A stretch of 64,000 nucleotides of DNA from Nitrosopumilus sp. (GCA_965219345.1 OZ244732.1:256001-320000); one strand, 5' to 3'; shown: positions 9,305-19,704, counted from the first letter of the stretch. A program made the numbers and translations. The notes: generated by a model from the sequence alone, not told the origin.

Positions 9305-10042
9305 TCACATAAGACTCATAAAATCTTCCAAGTTTTCTTTTTCATAATCCATATCCCCTTCAAGTTCAGTTAGATCATTCATTACAAATTCCACCATCTC
9401 TTTGAATGTGGATAAAGAATTGAAATATTTCAAAAAATCATTTTTGTCTTGGAGCGATGGTGTATCTTTTGTAGTGTAGGGGTATCTGAATCCGTCTGAA
9501 TTTTTATCTAGGTTTTGGAATTCTTCAATTATTAAACAAGTTTCATCGCTCAATCTTTCTGACTCAACTAGATTCTTCAAATTGCTTAACAGTTTGTCGA
9601 TGTCATGAGTTAATCCAAAATGACCTCCCTTGTGTAAAATAAGCCCTTTCAATTTTATTTCAATGTAATGTCTAAACAAAAATGATAATGGCGCAATTCC
9701 ATAATCATGTTCAGAAAGTAAAAGAACATCAGGACATACATCACGGATTATTTCTTTTTGTATTTCTTCATCAGTTTTTTCAAAATTTATCATGAGAGAT
9801 TTTAATGCTGATTTGTATACTTCCCCATAAGCAAGATAGTTTAGAGCTTTGTCAGGACTCAAATAAATGCCTGTAGCAAAATGACGTTCTTGCATAGTAG
9901 TACATATTGTCATCATCCTAAAAAGGTTAAAAATTATCTGAGATTGTATATTTTTTGTTCTATATTTACCGTACAAAGTAATCGTATCCTTCCTTGAGAT
10001 GTATTTGATTGGTTTTTTGACTTGCTTTATTTGATAATCCAA
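9305..10042 (-). CDS. Hypothetical protein, HEPN-like helical family (start uncertain)
   Basis: PLSFLFRHYIEIKLK...THDI...LDKNSDGFRYP pattern. Confidence 0.6.
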   Translation of the reverse strand: MDYQIKQVKKPIKYISRKDTITLYGKYRTKNIQSQIIFNLFRMMTICTTMQERHFATGIYLSPDKALNYLAYGEVYKSALKSLMINFEKTDEEIQKEIIRDVCPDVLLLSEHDYGIAPLSFLFRHYIEIKLKGLILHKGGHFGLTHDIDKLLSNLKNLVESERLSDETCLIIEEFQNLDKNSDGFRYPYTTKDTPSLQDKNDFLKYFNSLSTFKEMVEFVMNDLTELEGDMDYEKENLEDFMSLM

Positions 10043-10169
10043 TTAAAAATTTAATGAATTTTAGTGGTTTAACTGTGTAAAAAACATTATCTCTTCCTTC
10101 ACGTGTGTTAAAAATATTTTTTAATTCAACTTTTGCCTCATTATTGAATGTGAAATCAATTATTGATGG

Positions 10170-11023
10170 TACTTTGACTTTACCACCTTGTGTCTTTTCT
10201 GACCTGGCTTTAGTGAGGGCCTAAGACCGCAAGATTTGCCAAGTTTTCTCATTCCTGCATATACTCCACCTTTACCCATCCTTACAGGTTTTATTGTTCT
10301 AACAGATACAATCAGAGGATCCGTACCTTTTGGTTATGACATGAATCTGTCTTTCCATTCTTCTTTGTACAATAACAGGTAAGAGCCAGCTTCTGATGTA
10401 AAATTGGTCCAGTATTCTTCATCATCTCCTCTGTATATACAAGGTGCGCCCCCTTGAGTACCATCTTTATTGTAGAAAAATACCACGTCACCCCGGATAA
10501 AACAATCCCAAGCCTCCACTCTAAAACCTACAGAAGAGCACAAGGTTATGATTATTTTATCAGCTGTATCTGTTGCCTTTTTCATGATAGCTGCAGCCGT
10601 GGTCCGGTGCAGGCCCTGTCTTGTGATTTGCCGTCCTTTGGAATGGAGCGATCTAGCTTCTTCCGGGAAAAGTCAATATCATTTGCAGCAAACAATGCCT
10701 TGATTGGCTTTATGAGATTTCTTACCCTTGCAGGTGAAATTATCTTGTTTTCAATTTTCTTTTTTAGCTCCCTGACATATGCATTGATAATTGCCTTTCC
10801 GACAGATACATTTTGGCCTGCTAACTTGCAAGATCATCTGGCCTGATTTTGGGGGGTCTTTGCCAGTTACTAGGATCTGATTATCCACGCATATCTGCCA
10901 AGGTATCAGTTCTAGAAACTTTACAGGATCTCCTTGGTAGTTTCTTGGGGTTTTTTCATTTCCGATATGGTCAATAAAATTTTGATATGCTGGTGCTCTG
11001 TCTCTCTTCTAGCTGCAATCCAT
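10170..11023 (-). pseudogene. Decayed tyrosine recombinase/integrase
   Basis: Fragments AYQNFIDHI.., IKPIKALFAANDID.., LCSSVGFRVEAW, IYRGDDEEYWTNFTSEA and GLRPSL..RHKV resemble the intact integrase at 21292. Multiple stops and frameshifts; truncated before HxxR. Confidence 0.8.
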
Positions 11024-11060
11024 ACTGTACGTTAGAAAAAACATCTATTTTGGCGATTGA

Positions 11061-11588
11061 CTAGTATGAAAGCTTCCTAGCCTTCATTCTCTTAATTTTC
11101 TCTTGCAGCAAGATACATCCTTGTATGAGAGTTTCGGGTCTGGGTGGGCATCCTGGAACATAGACATCAACTGGAATTACTCCGTCAATTCCTGGAAGTA
11201 CATTGTATGAGTCAAAATACAGTCCTCCAGTAATTGCACAAGCTCCCATAGCAATTACATACTTTGGTTCTGGCATTTGATCATAAACTAATCTGAGACG
11301 TGGTGCCATTTTTCTTGTAATAGTTCCTTGAACAACAACTAGATCACATTGTCTAAGTGATCCAAATGCTTCAATGATGCCAAATCTTTCAACATCATAT
11401 CTGGGACTTGATGCTGCACCAAATTCTACACTGCAGCAAGCTGTTTCAATGTGGACAGGCCAGAGTGACCAAATTCTACCCCAGTTGATGGCGTAGCCCA
11501 ACGGTTTACCGATTGCTCTTTCTAAGATGTCTCCTAACTTTCCTACAAAGACATTTGCGTTTTCTGGCGTTACCAAGTCTTTAAGCAA
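11061..11588 (-). CDS. nuoB: NADH-quinone oxidoreductase subunit B
   Basis: TACCSVE, GACAITGG and VPGCPPRPE motifs. Confidence 0.97.
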   Translation of the reverse strand: MLKDLVTPENANVFVGKLGDILERAIGKPLGYAINWGRIWSLWPVHIETACCSVEFGAASSPRYDVERFGIIEAFGSLRQCDLVVVQGTITRKMAPRLRLVYDQMPEPKYVIAMGACAITGGLYFDSYNVLPGIDGVIPVDVYVPGCPPRPETLIQGCILLQEKIKRMKARKLSY

Positions 11589-11628
11589 TCTTATCCCTTA
11601 TCCTAGTAATTATAATTGATATAAAAAA

Positions 11629-12003
11629 CTACCATATTCTTCGTCTCCCTGACTGATACAATGCGAATGCCATTGCTCCAAACATTATAGCTAAGAATCC
11701 CATCATAGGCAAAGTAGCACTCTTTGGAAGTTCCAAAAGAGAACTTCCCCATGCATACAAGAAAATTGCCATGACATCAAAGACTACAAACATCAGAATG
11801 TAGGGATAATACTGCATCATAAAGTGAGTTCGTCCTTCTCCTGATGGAACCTGGCCACATTCCATTGGCAAAAACTTGACAGGATTACTTCTTTTTCTTG
11901 GTGAAATCATTCTTGAAATTACTAATGCAGGTGCCATCGCTGCTATGCCAAAGGCAAACATCAGTACTACGGTACTATAATTGCCCGCTAATTCCCCGAC
12001 CAA
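11629..12003 (-). CDS. nuoA: NADH-quinone oxidoreductase subunit A (start uncertain)
   Basis: MECG..., QYYPYILMFVVFDV, three TM helices; directly upstream of nuoB. Confidence 0.93.
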   Translation of the reverse strand: MVGELAGNYSTVVLMFAFGIAAMAPALVISRMISPRKRSNPVKFLPMECGQVPSGEGRTHFMMQYYPYILMFVVFDVMAIFLYAWGSSLLELPKSATLPMMGFLAIMFGAMAFALYQSGRRRIW

Positions 12004-12084
12004 TTTAGCTATTGACCCTAATTTTTGTATATAATTCAATCGTTTCAGGCACATTTATAGCACATTATAGTAGATATTAGAGAA

Positions 12085-13017
12085 ATGTCTACCTTTCTAC
12101 GAAAAACCAGAGATCGCAGGAGTTTTGAGGAGACAATACAGACAAAGGCAGTAAATACACAAAATTCCTCAAAGTCAGCAATAAGGAATTTTGAGATGTT
12201 TTGTAAGGAGAAGTATGGTAAGACAGGTAATGAGATCATTGCAGAATATCAAGAAGTGGATATTGAGACAGTCTATGAATCTCTGCAAGAATAGATCAAC
12301 TGGAATAGTAAAAGAATTTATCCAAATAGCATCCCTACAGTATTTTCATATCTGAAAAAATACCTAAGATATCACAAGATAAAGATCACAAAGGAAGATG
12401 TGGCAGACCAGCTGAATTTCCCACACAAGATCAAGGAGGAAAAATATCCTTTGGTAAAAGATGAGATTAGGAAAATATTGGAGGTAAGCAATAATAGAAA
12501 CAAGCTCAAAATTCTGGCACAGTCATCAAGTGGATTGAGAAGGGGGAATTATTACAATTATGAAAAATAGATCTAGATACTACACAAAAGAGGATCATAG
12601 TCAATGTTCCTGCCAGCATTACCAAGACAAAGAAATCAAGGGTGGCTTTTTTTAGCAAAGAGGTTACGCCTTTATTGAAACCAATTCTAAAGAGACTAGA
12701 TGGTGAGGACAGAATATTTTTCCGTGGCAAGGCAAATCCTGCAAACATTAGCAGTCACTATCAGTTGGTTCTGATCAAATATCTAGAACGCATAGGTTTG
12801 GCTCAAAAGTATGAATCAGGTCATCACAAGATAACAACGCATAGTTTCAGGGCATTCTTTATAACCAAAGTATCTAGACATGATCCAAACTTGGCAAAGT
12901 ATTTTGCAGGACAAGAATAGTCAAGGGATTTGCTGACGTATGATAGACTTACATTAGATGAGAAGTTACAAAAATATATCGAATTTGATCCGGATTTATT
13001 GATTGGCATTCTATAAT
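12085..13017 (+). pseudogene. Decayed tyrosine recombinase/integrase
   Basis: Fragments with SSGLRRG, VNVPASITKTK, THSFRAFF, FAGQ and TYDR, interrupted by stops (12294, 12920) and frameshifts. Confidence 0.85.
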
Positions 13018-13141
13018 AAACAAATAATTGAATATTTAAAAAAATATAAGATATACTTTTATCAAAACTAATGTCAGGGCAGATTATAGTTCCAGTAAAT
13101 AATAAAAAAGATAATTAAGAAAGAATGTACAATTATCACAC

Positions 13142-13816
13142 ATGACTAAAAAACGATATCCCATACTGTTTAACATTCCTTTACGAACCAAGAAAATTTT
13201 AGAAGAAGCAGAAGAATTAGAAAAAAATAAATTTTTTTCTTCTGCAATTCTAAGATATACTAATTATTTAGAACAATTTCTTGTTATTGCTAGCCTAAGT
13301 TATTGTGAAAAACATGATCATGGACCAGTATCGGAGGTACGAAAATGTGTCATGAATACAAAAATTAACAAGAAGTTCACTTTTCATAATATCATTGGTT
13401 TAATGCCTGATAAAATTAAGACTGATGGGATTAAACAATTGTGCAAAGAAATTAAAAATATTAGAAACCAAATTGGTGCTCATGATTATTTTGTAATTGC
13501 GTTAGATAAAACACGTTATAAACAAAGAAGATTTGATGACGTGAATAGTTATAGAAAATTTATTCGTAATTTGTACAAATTAATTAAAAAGACAAAAACA
13601 ATCAATCAAGCAGAAAATTTTTTATTGTTAGGACATCCATTGACTATTTATTCCACACTTGAAGAAAAAGCATATGACGTTGAAATGATAATAATGGAGT
13701 CTATATGCATGCATACAAGAAAAACAGTACAAAATGTCTGTCAAAAAATTGAACACGAGTTATACAGGACCAGTCCCGATCCAAATTTAAACAAATATTT
13801 TTCACGAGATTGTTAA
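13142..13816 (+). CDS. Hypothetical protein, putative HEPN domain
   Basis: Helical protein with SAIL..YLE and an RNQIGAH (Rx5H) motif. Confidence 0.5.
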   Translation: MTKKRYPILFNIPLRTKKILEEAEELEKNKFFSSAILRYTNYLEQFLVIASLSYCEKHDHGPVSEVRKCVMNTKINKKFTFHNIIGLMPDKIKTDGIKQLCKEIKNIRNQIGAHDYFVIALDKTRYKQRRFDDVNSYRKFIRNLYKLIKKTKTINQAENFLLLGHPLTIYSTLEEKAYDVEMIIMESICMHTRKTVQNVCQKIEHELYRTSPDPNLNKYFSRDC

Positions 13817-13921
13817 TAGGCGATTCATTGGTTGTGATAGGTGAAAACTCATCTAATTTCCTTGGAATTCCAAGATTATGTAGATTCAGATTAAATATAT
13901 GATTCACTTACGAATTAATTT

Positions 13922-16666
13922 ATGAGACCTGAAGACAGTGCACGCCAAGAAATTGACAAAATGTTGATTGATTCAGGCTGGATTATCCAAGATTATGAGG
14001 ATAGAAATCTTAGTGCTGGATTGGGCATAGCAGTAAGAGAATACCCTCTAAATAAGGACAATGCAGATTATGCACTATTCATTGATTCGCAACCTGTAGG
14101 AGTAATTGAGGCAAAAAAGTATGGCCATACACTTAGTGGAGTAGTTGAACAATCTGAAAAATATCTTGATGGACTATATGAAAAATTTACAAATGCCCCC
14201 ATAAGACCTCCATTCTCATATGAGACAACAGGAATTGAAACTAAATTTGCAGACAGACGTGATCCAAATCATCGCTCACGCTATGTGTTCTCATTTCATC
14301 GTCCAGAATTATTACAGGCATGGCTTAAAGAAGAAGAAACATTACGTGCGAGATTAAAGGATATTCCAAAACTAGACTATGAAAAACTTTGGAATTGTCA
14401 AACAGAGGCAATCACAAATCTAGAAGATTCTTTTGCGCAGAATAATCCACGTGCGTTAATCCAGATGGCAACGGGTTCAGGTAAAACATTTACCGCAGTA
14501 ACTTCAATTTATAGACTGATAAAATTTGCAAAAGCAAAAAAAGTTTTGTTTCTAGTTGACAGATCTAATTTGGGCAGACAGGCATTACGTGAATTTCAAC
14601 AGTATCAAACCCCTGATGATGGACGGAAATTTACTGATTTGTATAATGTACAACTGTTACAATCACATACAATTGATCCCATATCTAAAGTTGTAATATC
14701 TACAATTCAAAGAATGTTTTCAGTTCTAAAAGATGACAAAGACTATGTGGAAGAAAATGACGAGTTTTCTGTATATGAGGAAAATTCTGATGAAACTCCT
14801 GTAGATGTAAAATATAATGAAAATATTCCAATTGGTGAATTTGATTTTATTGTAATTGACGAGTGCCATCGTTCCATCTACAACAAATGGAAACAGGTAT
14901 TGGATTACTTTGATTCATTTCTAATTGGATTAACTGCAACTCCTTCAAATGATACCATAGGATTTTTCAAGAATAATCAAGTGATGAGATATACTCATGA
15001 GCGAGCGATAGTTGATGAGGTAAACGTGGGATATCATGTATACAGGATTAAAACCAAAATTAGTGAGCAGGGTGGCGGTGTCGATGCAGGTCAATTTGTT
15101 GAAAAGCGTGATAGACTTACACGTGAACAAACAGCAGAAAAATTAAATGAAGACCTAATTTTTACCAGAGAAGAATTAGATAGATCTATAGTAACAAGGG
15201 ATCAGATCAGACTAGTTGTTAGAACATTTAAAGAGAAATTACCTGAGATCTTTCCAAACAGAACAGAGGTTCCTAAGACCCTGATTTTTACAAAAAATGA
15301 TTCTCATGCCGAAGATGTTACAGAAATTGTTCGAGAAGAGTTTGGATTGGGAAACAATTTTTGCAAAAAAATCACATATCGTAGTACAGAAAAACCCGAA
15401 GAATTGATCTCTAGTTTTAGAAATTCCCCAATGCCACGAGTTGCAGTGACAGTAGATATGATTGCAACTGGAACTGACATCAAACCGCTAGAATGCATTA
15501 TATTTATGCGAGATGTAAAGTCTAAAAACTACTTTGATCAGATGAAAGGCCGTGGCACTAGAACCATTAAACCTGATGATCTAATTGCAGTTACACCTGA
15601 TGCAAAAGCTAAAACTCATTTTGTAATAGTTGATGCAGTAGGTGTATGCGAACATTCCATGAGTGATACTCATTCATTATTTAGAAAACTAAATGGGTCA
15701 TTTAAGATACTTTTAGACAAGGCAGTTGACAAAAATGCAGATACTGAAGACATTGAAAGCTTGGTGTATCGCTTATCTAGATTAAATAGAAAATTAAGCC
15801 AAGAAGATAAAGATGAAATTACTAATGCAAATAATGGGAAATCACTTACAAATATAGAAAAAACATTACTTGATGGAATTGATTCTGATAAAATACTAGA
15901 AAAGGCAAAAGGACAATTTCATACTTTAGAGCCAACTACTGAGCAAATTAAAAAAATATCAAAACAGATGATTGATGAGGCATGCAAAGTATTCGATTCT
16001 GCAAAACTGCGTAAAACAATTCTTGATATCAAAAGCAAAAATGAGCAAATCATCGATGATGTATCAATTGATGAATTACTCGAAGCAGGATTTTTAGATA
16101 AAGTACAAAATATTGACAAAAAGACTATTGAAAACTGGACTCTATTCATTGAGAAGAACAGAGATCAGATTACAGCACTTGATATTATTTACTCAAAACC
16201 ATACAGGATGAGGGAGATTACATTTTCAGATATCAAGAATTTGGCACATGCCATTGAAAAACCTCCATACAATCTAACTTCTAGGATTCTTTGGAATGCT
16301 TACCAAAGACTAGATAAATCCAGAGTAAAGAGCAATCCAGTTAAGATGCTGACTGATTTGATTTCACTTGTACGTTATTCATCTGGAAAAGAGGAGTCAT
16401 TGTTGCCATTTTCAGAAATTATACATGAAAAATTTGAGAAATGGCTTACTCAACAAGAGTCTTCTGGACGCCAGTTCACATCAGAACAAAAGGAGTGGCT
16501 TGTAATGATCAAAAATGCCGTTGCAAGTTCTGTTTCAATTGAGATAGATGCACTCGATGATGTTCCATTTAATCAAAAAGGTGGCAGAGTAAAGTTTTAT
16601 GAGATATTTGGAGATGAATATGAGAAGATTTTAGATGAATTACATGAGGTGTTGATTAATCAATGA
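13922..16666 (+). CDS. hsdR: Type I restriction enzyme subunit R (EcoEI-like)
   Basis: ADY..VIEAKK nuclease; MATGSGKT, IDECHRS, LTATP and QMKGRGTR helicase motifs. Confidence 0.96.
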   Translation: MRPEDSARQEIDKMLIDSGWIIQDYEDRNLSAGLGIAVREYPLNKDNADYALFIDSQPVGVIEAKKYGHTLSGVVEQSEKYLDGLYEKFTNAPIRPPFSYETTGIETKFADRRDPNHRSRYVFSFHRPELLQAWLKEEETLRARLKDIPKLDYEKLWNCQTEAITNLEDSFAQNNPRALIQMATGSGKTFTAVTSIYRLIKFAKAKKVLFLVDRSNLGRQALREFQQYQTPDDGRKFTDLYNVQLLQSHTIDPISKVVISTIQRMFSVLKDDKDYVEENDEFSVYEENSDETPVDVKYNENIPIGEFDFIVIDECHRSIYNKWKQVLDYFDSFLIGLTATPSNDTIGFFKNNQVMRYTHERAIVDEVNVGYHVYRIKTKISEQGGGVDAGQFVEKRDRLTREQTAEKLNEDLIFTREELDRSIVTRDQIRLVVRTFKEKLPEIFPNRTEVPKTLIFTKNDSHAEDVTEIVREEFGLGNNFCKKITYRSTEKPEELISSFRNSPMPRVAVTVDMIATGTDIKPLECIIFMRDVKSKNYFDQMKGRGTRTIKPDDLIAVTPDAKAKTHFVIVDAVGVCEHSMSDTHSLFRKLNGSFKILLDKAVDKNADTEDIESLVYRLSRLNRKLSQEDKDEITNANNGKSLTNIEKTLLDGIDSDKILEKAKGQFHTLEPTTEQIKKISKQMIDEACKVFDSAKLRKTILDIKSKNEQIIDDVSIDELLEAGFLDKVQNIDKKTIENWTLFIEKNRDQITALDIIYSKPYRMREITFSDIKNLAHAIEKPPYNLTSRILWNAYQRLDKSRVKSNPVKMLTDLISLVRYSSGKEESLLPFSEIIHEKFEKWLTQQESSGRQFTSEQKEWLVMIKNAVASSVSIEIDALDDVPFNQKGGRVKFYEIFGDEYEKILDELHEVLINQ

Positions 16667-17889
16667 GTGAGTTAGTTTTTGAAAAAAATATTCAATTATC
16701 AAAAGGATGGACTGTTTGTAAATTAGAAGATATTGCAATGGAAATTAACTCTGGTTTTGCTTCTGGCAAACACAATAAATCTGGAAATGGGATTGCACAC
16801 ATACGACCCATGAATATTGACAGTTCTGGTAAAATTAATTTAACTGTTGTAAAGTATATTGAAGATAATTTTAAAGATAAATTGAAAAAAGATGATGTGT
16901 TATTCAATAATACCAATAGTCCAAAACTACTTGGAAAAACTGCATTGATAAAAGAGAATACTAATTGGGGTTATTCTAATCACATGACTAGAATACGATT
17001 TAATTCTTCAAAAGTTGAATCTTCTTGGTTTGCACTTTTTTTACACAAATTATTTTTAGATGGATATTATAAACAAATTGCAAAGAATCATGTAAATCAA
17101 TCTAGTATAAATTCTAGTGATCTAGCAACAAAAATTCCAATAATCATTGCTCCTAAGAATGAACAAAAACGCATCGTATCCAAAATTGAATCAATCTTCG
17201 CACAGATTGACGCAGGAAAAGAAAAACTGGTGGATGTAAGAAAATTGTTGAAGCAGACTAGACAGTCTATATTAAAGAAAAATTTTGATGCATCAAGTAA
17301 ACAATATGAGTCCCAAAAATTAGATAATTTATCTATTAAAATCACTGATGGTACACATTTTACACCAAAATACGAAGAAAGTGGAATTCCATTCATATCT
17401 GTAAAAAACATACAAAATGAAAGAATCTATTTTGATAATTGTAAATATGTGTCACAAGAAACTCATGAAAAATTAATCAAACGATGTCATCCTGAATTTG
17501 GAGATCTGCTTATTACTAAAAGTGGTACAATTGGACGAATTGCAATTGTTGACACAAAAGTTCCTTTTAGTTTGTTTGTGAGTGTTGCACTAATAAAATT
17601 GAGGAATAATATTAATAAAAACTATCTAAAGCTTTTCTTCCAAGATTTCTTTAATCATATAGACATCTCTCAACAAATCAAGGGTGTTGTAATCAAAAAT
17701 TTCCATCTTGAAGATATTCGACAAGTTCTAATCCCCCTTCCTCCACTAAATGAACAAAAACGCATCGTATCCAAAATTGAATCAATCCTTGGCAGGATTG
17801 ACGCAATTGAAAATCTCATAATTTTAACATTTTGTATGATTTTAATGATGAAAATTATGTTGCCATCAAGTATTATACTTGAAAATTAA
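16663..17889 (+). CDS. hsdS: Type I R-M specificity subunit, copy 1 (two TRDs; lacks the normal C-terminal conserved tail)
   Basis: KGW, two TRDs, and P..NEQKRIVSKIESI twice. Homology ends at RIDAIE, followed by an unrelated tail. ATGA overlap with hsdR. Confidence 0.92.
   Translation: MSELVFEKNIQLSKGWTVCKLEDIAMEINSGFASGKHNKSGNGIAHIRPMNIDSSGKINLTVVKYIEDNFKDKLKKDDVLFNNTNSPKLLGKTALIKENTNWGYSNHMTRIRFNSSKVESSWFALFLHKLFLDGYYKQIAKNHVNQSSINSSDLATKIPIIIAPKNEQKRIVSKIESIFAQIDAGKEKLVDVRKLLKQTRQSILKKNFDASSKQYESQKLDNLSIKITDGTHFTPKYEESGIPFISVKNIQNERIYFDNCKYVSQETHEKLIKRCHPEFGDLLITKSGTIGRIAIVDTKVPFSLFVSVALIKLRNNINKNYLKLFFQDFFNHIDISQQIKGVVIKNFHLEDIRQVLIPLPPLNEQKRIVSKIESILGRIDAIENLIILTFCMILMMKIMLPSSIILEN
17161..17214 (+). 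repeat. hsdS repeat A, left copy (inverted partner 20576-20629)
   Basis: 53/54 identity to the reverse complement of 20576-20629; the first 50 bp are identical. Confidence 0.95.
17752..17813 (+). repeat. hsdS repeat B, left copy (inverted partner 19887-19948)
   Basis: 55/62 identity to the reverse complement of 19887-19948; the last 25 bp are identical. Confidence 0.92.
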
Positions 17890-17918
17890 TAAAAAAAGGA
17901 AAACTGATTTTTGATCAA

Positions 17919-18023
17919 TTATCTATTACTACGGCCACCGCCAGAAGGCTTGCCAGTACCACTAGGCCATCCGCCGCCATTCCCTTGGCCTCGACCGGCT
18001 TGAACTTGTGTATGATTACTCAT
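17919..18023 (-). CDS. 34-aa Gly-rich peptide
   Basis: MSNHTQVQAGRGQGNGGGWPSGTGKPSGGGRSNR*. GC-rich ORF in AT-rich DNA, with a TTAAATAA TATA-like box ending about 21 nt upstream of the ATG. Confidence 0.6.
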   Translation of the reverse strand: MSNHTQVQAGRGQGNGGGWPSGTGKPSGGGRSNR

Positions 18024-18219
18024 AACCAATAAAATATTTATTATTATTTAAGTTTTACATATGATTTATCAATTCTATCTTTGTTTAAAACAAACATTCG
18101 AAATTAAGTATTTTCTAATTCACTACCCAATATCAAAGAATCCATTTTATAAGACATATGTACAAAAATACAAATTCTAAAAAAATTTGATATTTCTAAT
18201 AAATCAATAATTTTTTTCT

Positions 18220-19704
18220 TTATTTTTTTCCAAGATTTAGAACTAGCTCATCTATAGAATCAAGTGCAAATTCCAGATTGTTTTTAATCTCATCAGCAAT
18301 TTCTTCAGGAGATGGTAAATTTTCAATATCCTCTAAAGAATCATCTTTTAGCCAGAAAATATCTAACGATACTTTGTCTCTTTTTATCAAATCATCATAA
18401 GAATAGGCATGAAATCTGTCTGTTTCCTTTCTTTTTAGAATATTTTTTGCATTGTAACACTTTACAAAATCATTCAAATGTTCTCGATCTAGTTGATTTT
18501 CTTTTAATGTAAAATGTTGATTTGTTCTAAAGTCATAAATCCATAGTTTCTCAGTCCAGGCTTTTCCATCTGTTCTTGCAGGCTTTTTATCAAAGAATAA
18601 CACATTTGCCTTTACACCACCTGCATAAAATATTCCTGTAGGTAATCGAAGTAAAGTATGACAGTTCATTTGTTCTAACATTCCTCTTCTTACAGTTTCT
18701 CCGGCACCTCCTTCAAACAATACATTGTCTGGAACTACGATTGCACACCGTCCATTATTTTTAAGAATTGTTTTCACATGCTGTAAAAAATTTAACTGCT
18801 TGTTTGATGTACTAGCCCAAAAATCATCTCTTTCATACGATAATGTTTCACGTTCAGCTTTTCCTGTTTCAGAAAAAATTACTGTACTTGATTTTTTTCC
18901 AAATGGAGGATTAGTCATTATTACATCAAATCGATCGTTTGGAACAGAAATTAATGAATCTCCTGCAACAATCTGGCTTTCAGTTGAGCCAATACCATGC
19001 AGATACATGCTCATTGCACATAATCTAACCACTTCTGTTACAATATCCCAACCCTTGAATGTTTTATTCTTGAGAAATTTCTTTTCATCGGGATCTAATT
19101 GAAATTTCTTTATCAAGTATTTGTGTGATGATAAGAAAAATCCACCAGTACCACATGCAGGATCTCCTATCGTCTCTTTTGGTTTTGGTTGTATGACATC
19201 AACTATTGCATCAATTAATGCACGCGGTGTAAAGTACTGACCTGCACCACTCTTAACATCCTCTGCATTTTTTTCTAATAATCCTTCATAGATCTCACCT
19301 TTGACATCAATATCCATTCCACTCCAGAGAATCTTGTCTTTGTCTTTTGAATCCCCATCAATTAGTTTGATCAGTCGCTCTAATTTTGCTGGATCTTGGA
19401 TTTTATTTTGGGATTTTCTGAAAATTACTCCTAATAATCCTCTTTCTTGAGCTAAATTCTCCAAAGCATGTCTATAGTGAGTCTCCAAGTCTCCACCTGT
19501 TTTTCCAGTTAATGTAGTCCAATCATATTTTACAGGAATAATTGATTTTTTCTTAAATGGTGGCTTTGTTTGTTCATCTGCCATCTTTAAGAATAGCAGA
19601 TTAGTTAATTGTTGGACATAATCCCCATAGGACACTCCATCATCTCTTAGCACATTACAGAAATTCCAGAGTTTTTGTACTATTATTGGTGCTTCATTTG
19701 ACAA
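18220..19704 (-). CDS. hsdM: Type I R-M N6-adenine methyltransferase
   Basis: GQYFTPR, DPACGTGGF and NPPF motifs. Confidence 0.96.
   Translation of the reverse strand: MSNEAPIIVQKLWNFCNVLRDDGVSYGDYVQQLTNLLFLKMADEQTKPPFKKKSIIPVKYDWTTLTGKTGGDLETHYRHALENLAQERGLLGVIFRKSQNKIQDPAKLERLIKLIDGDSKDKDKILWSGMDIDVKGEIYEGLLEKNAEDVKSGAGQYFTPRALIDAIVDVIQPKPKETIGDPACGTGGFFLSSHKYLIKKFQLDPDEKKFLKNKTFKGWDIVTEVVRLCAMSMYLHGIGSTESQIVAGDSLISVPNDRFDVIMTNPPFGKKSSTVIFSETGKAERETLSYERDDFWASTSNKQLNFLQHVKTILKNNGRCAIVVPDNVLFEGGAGETVRRGMLEQMNCHTLLRLPTGIFYAGGVKANVLFFDKKPARTDGKAWTEKLWIYDFRTNQHFTLKENQLDREHLNDFVKCYNAKNILKRKETDRFHAYSYDDLIKRDKVSLDIFWLKDDSLEDIENLPSPEEIADEIKNNLEFALDSIDELVLNLGKK

Larger units (their letters stand above)
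921..11080. mobile_element. Integrative defence island inserted at the nuoB 3' end / nuoC start
   Basis: About 10 kb of accessory genes separate nuoB from nuoC. TCCTAG occurs at both junctions (921-926 and 11075-11080), and a decayed tyrosine integrase abuts the right junction. Confidence 0.8.

Noticed and set aside
10454-10846. 130-aa + strand ORF and the many short antisense ORFs in the track
   Set aside because: These are shadow frames opposite recognisable genes or pseudogenes, with no motifs of their own.
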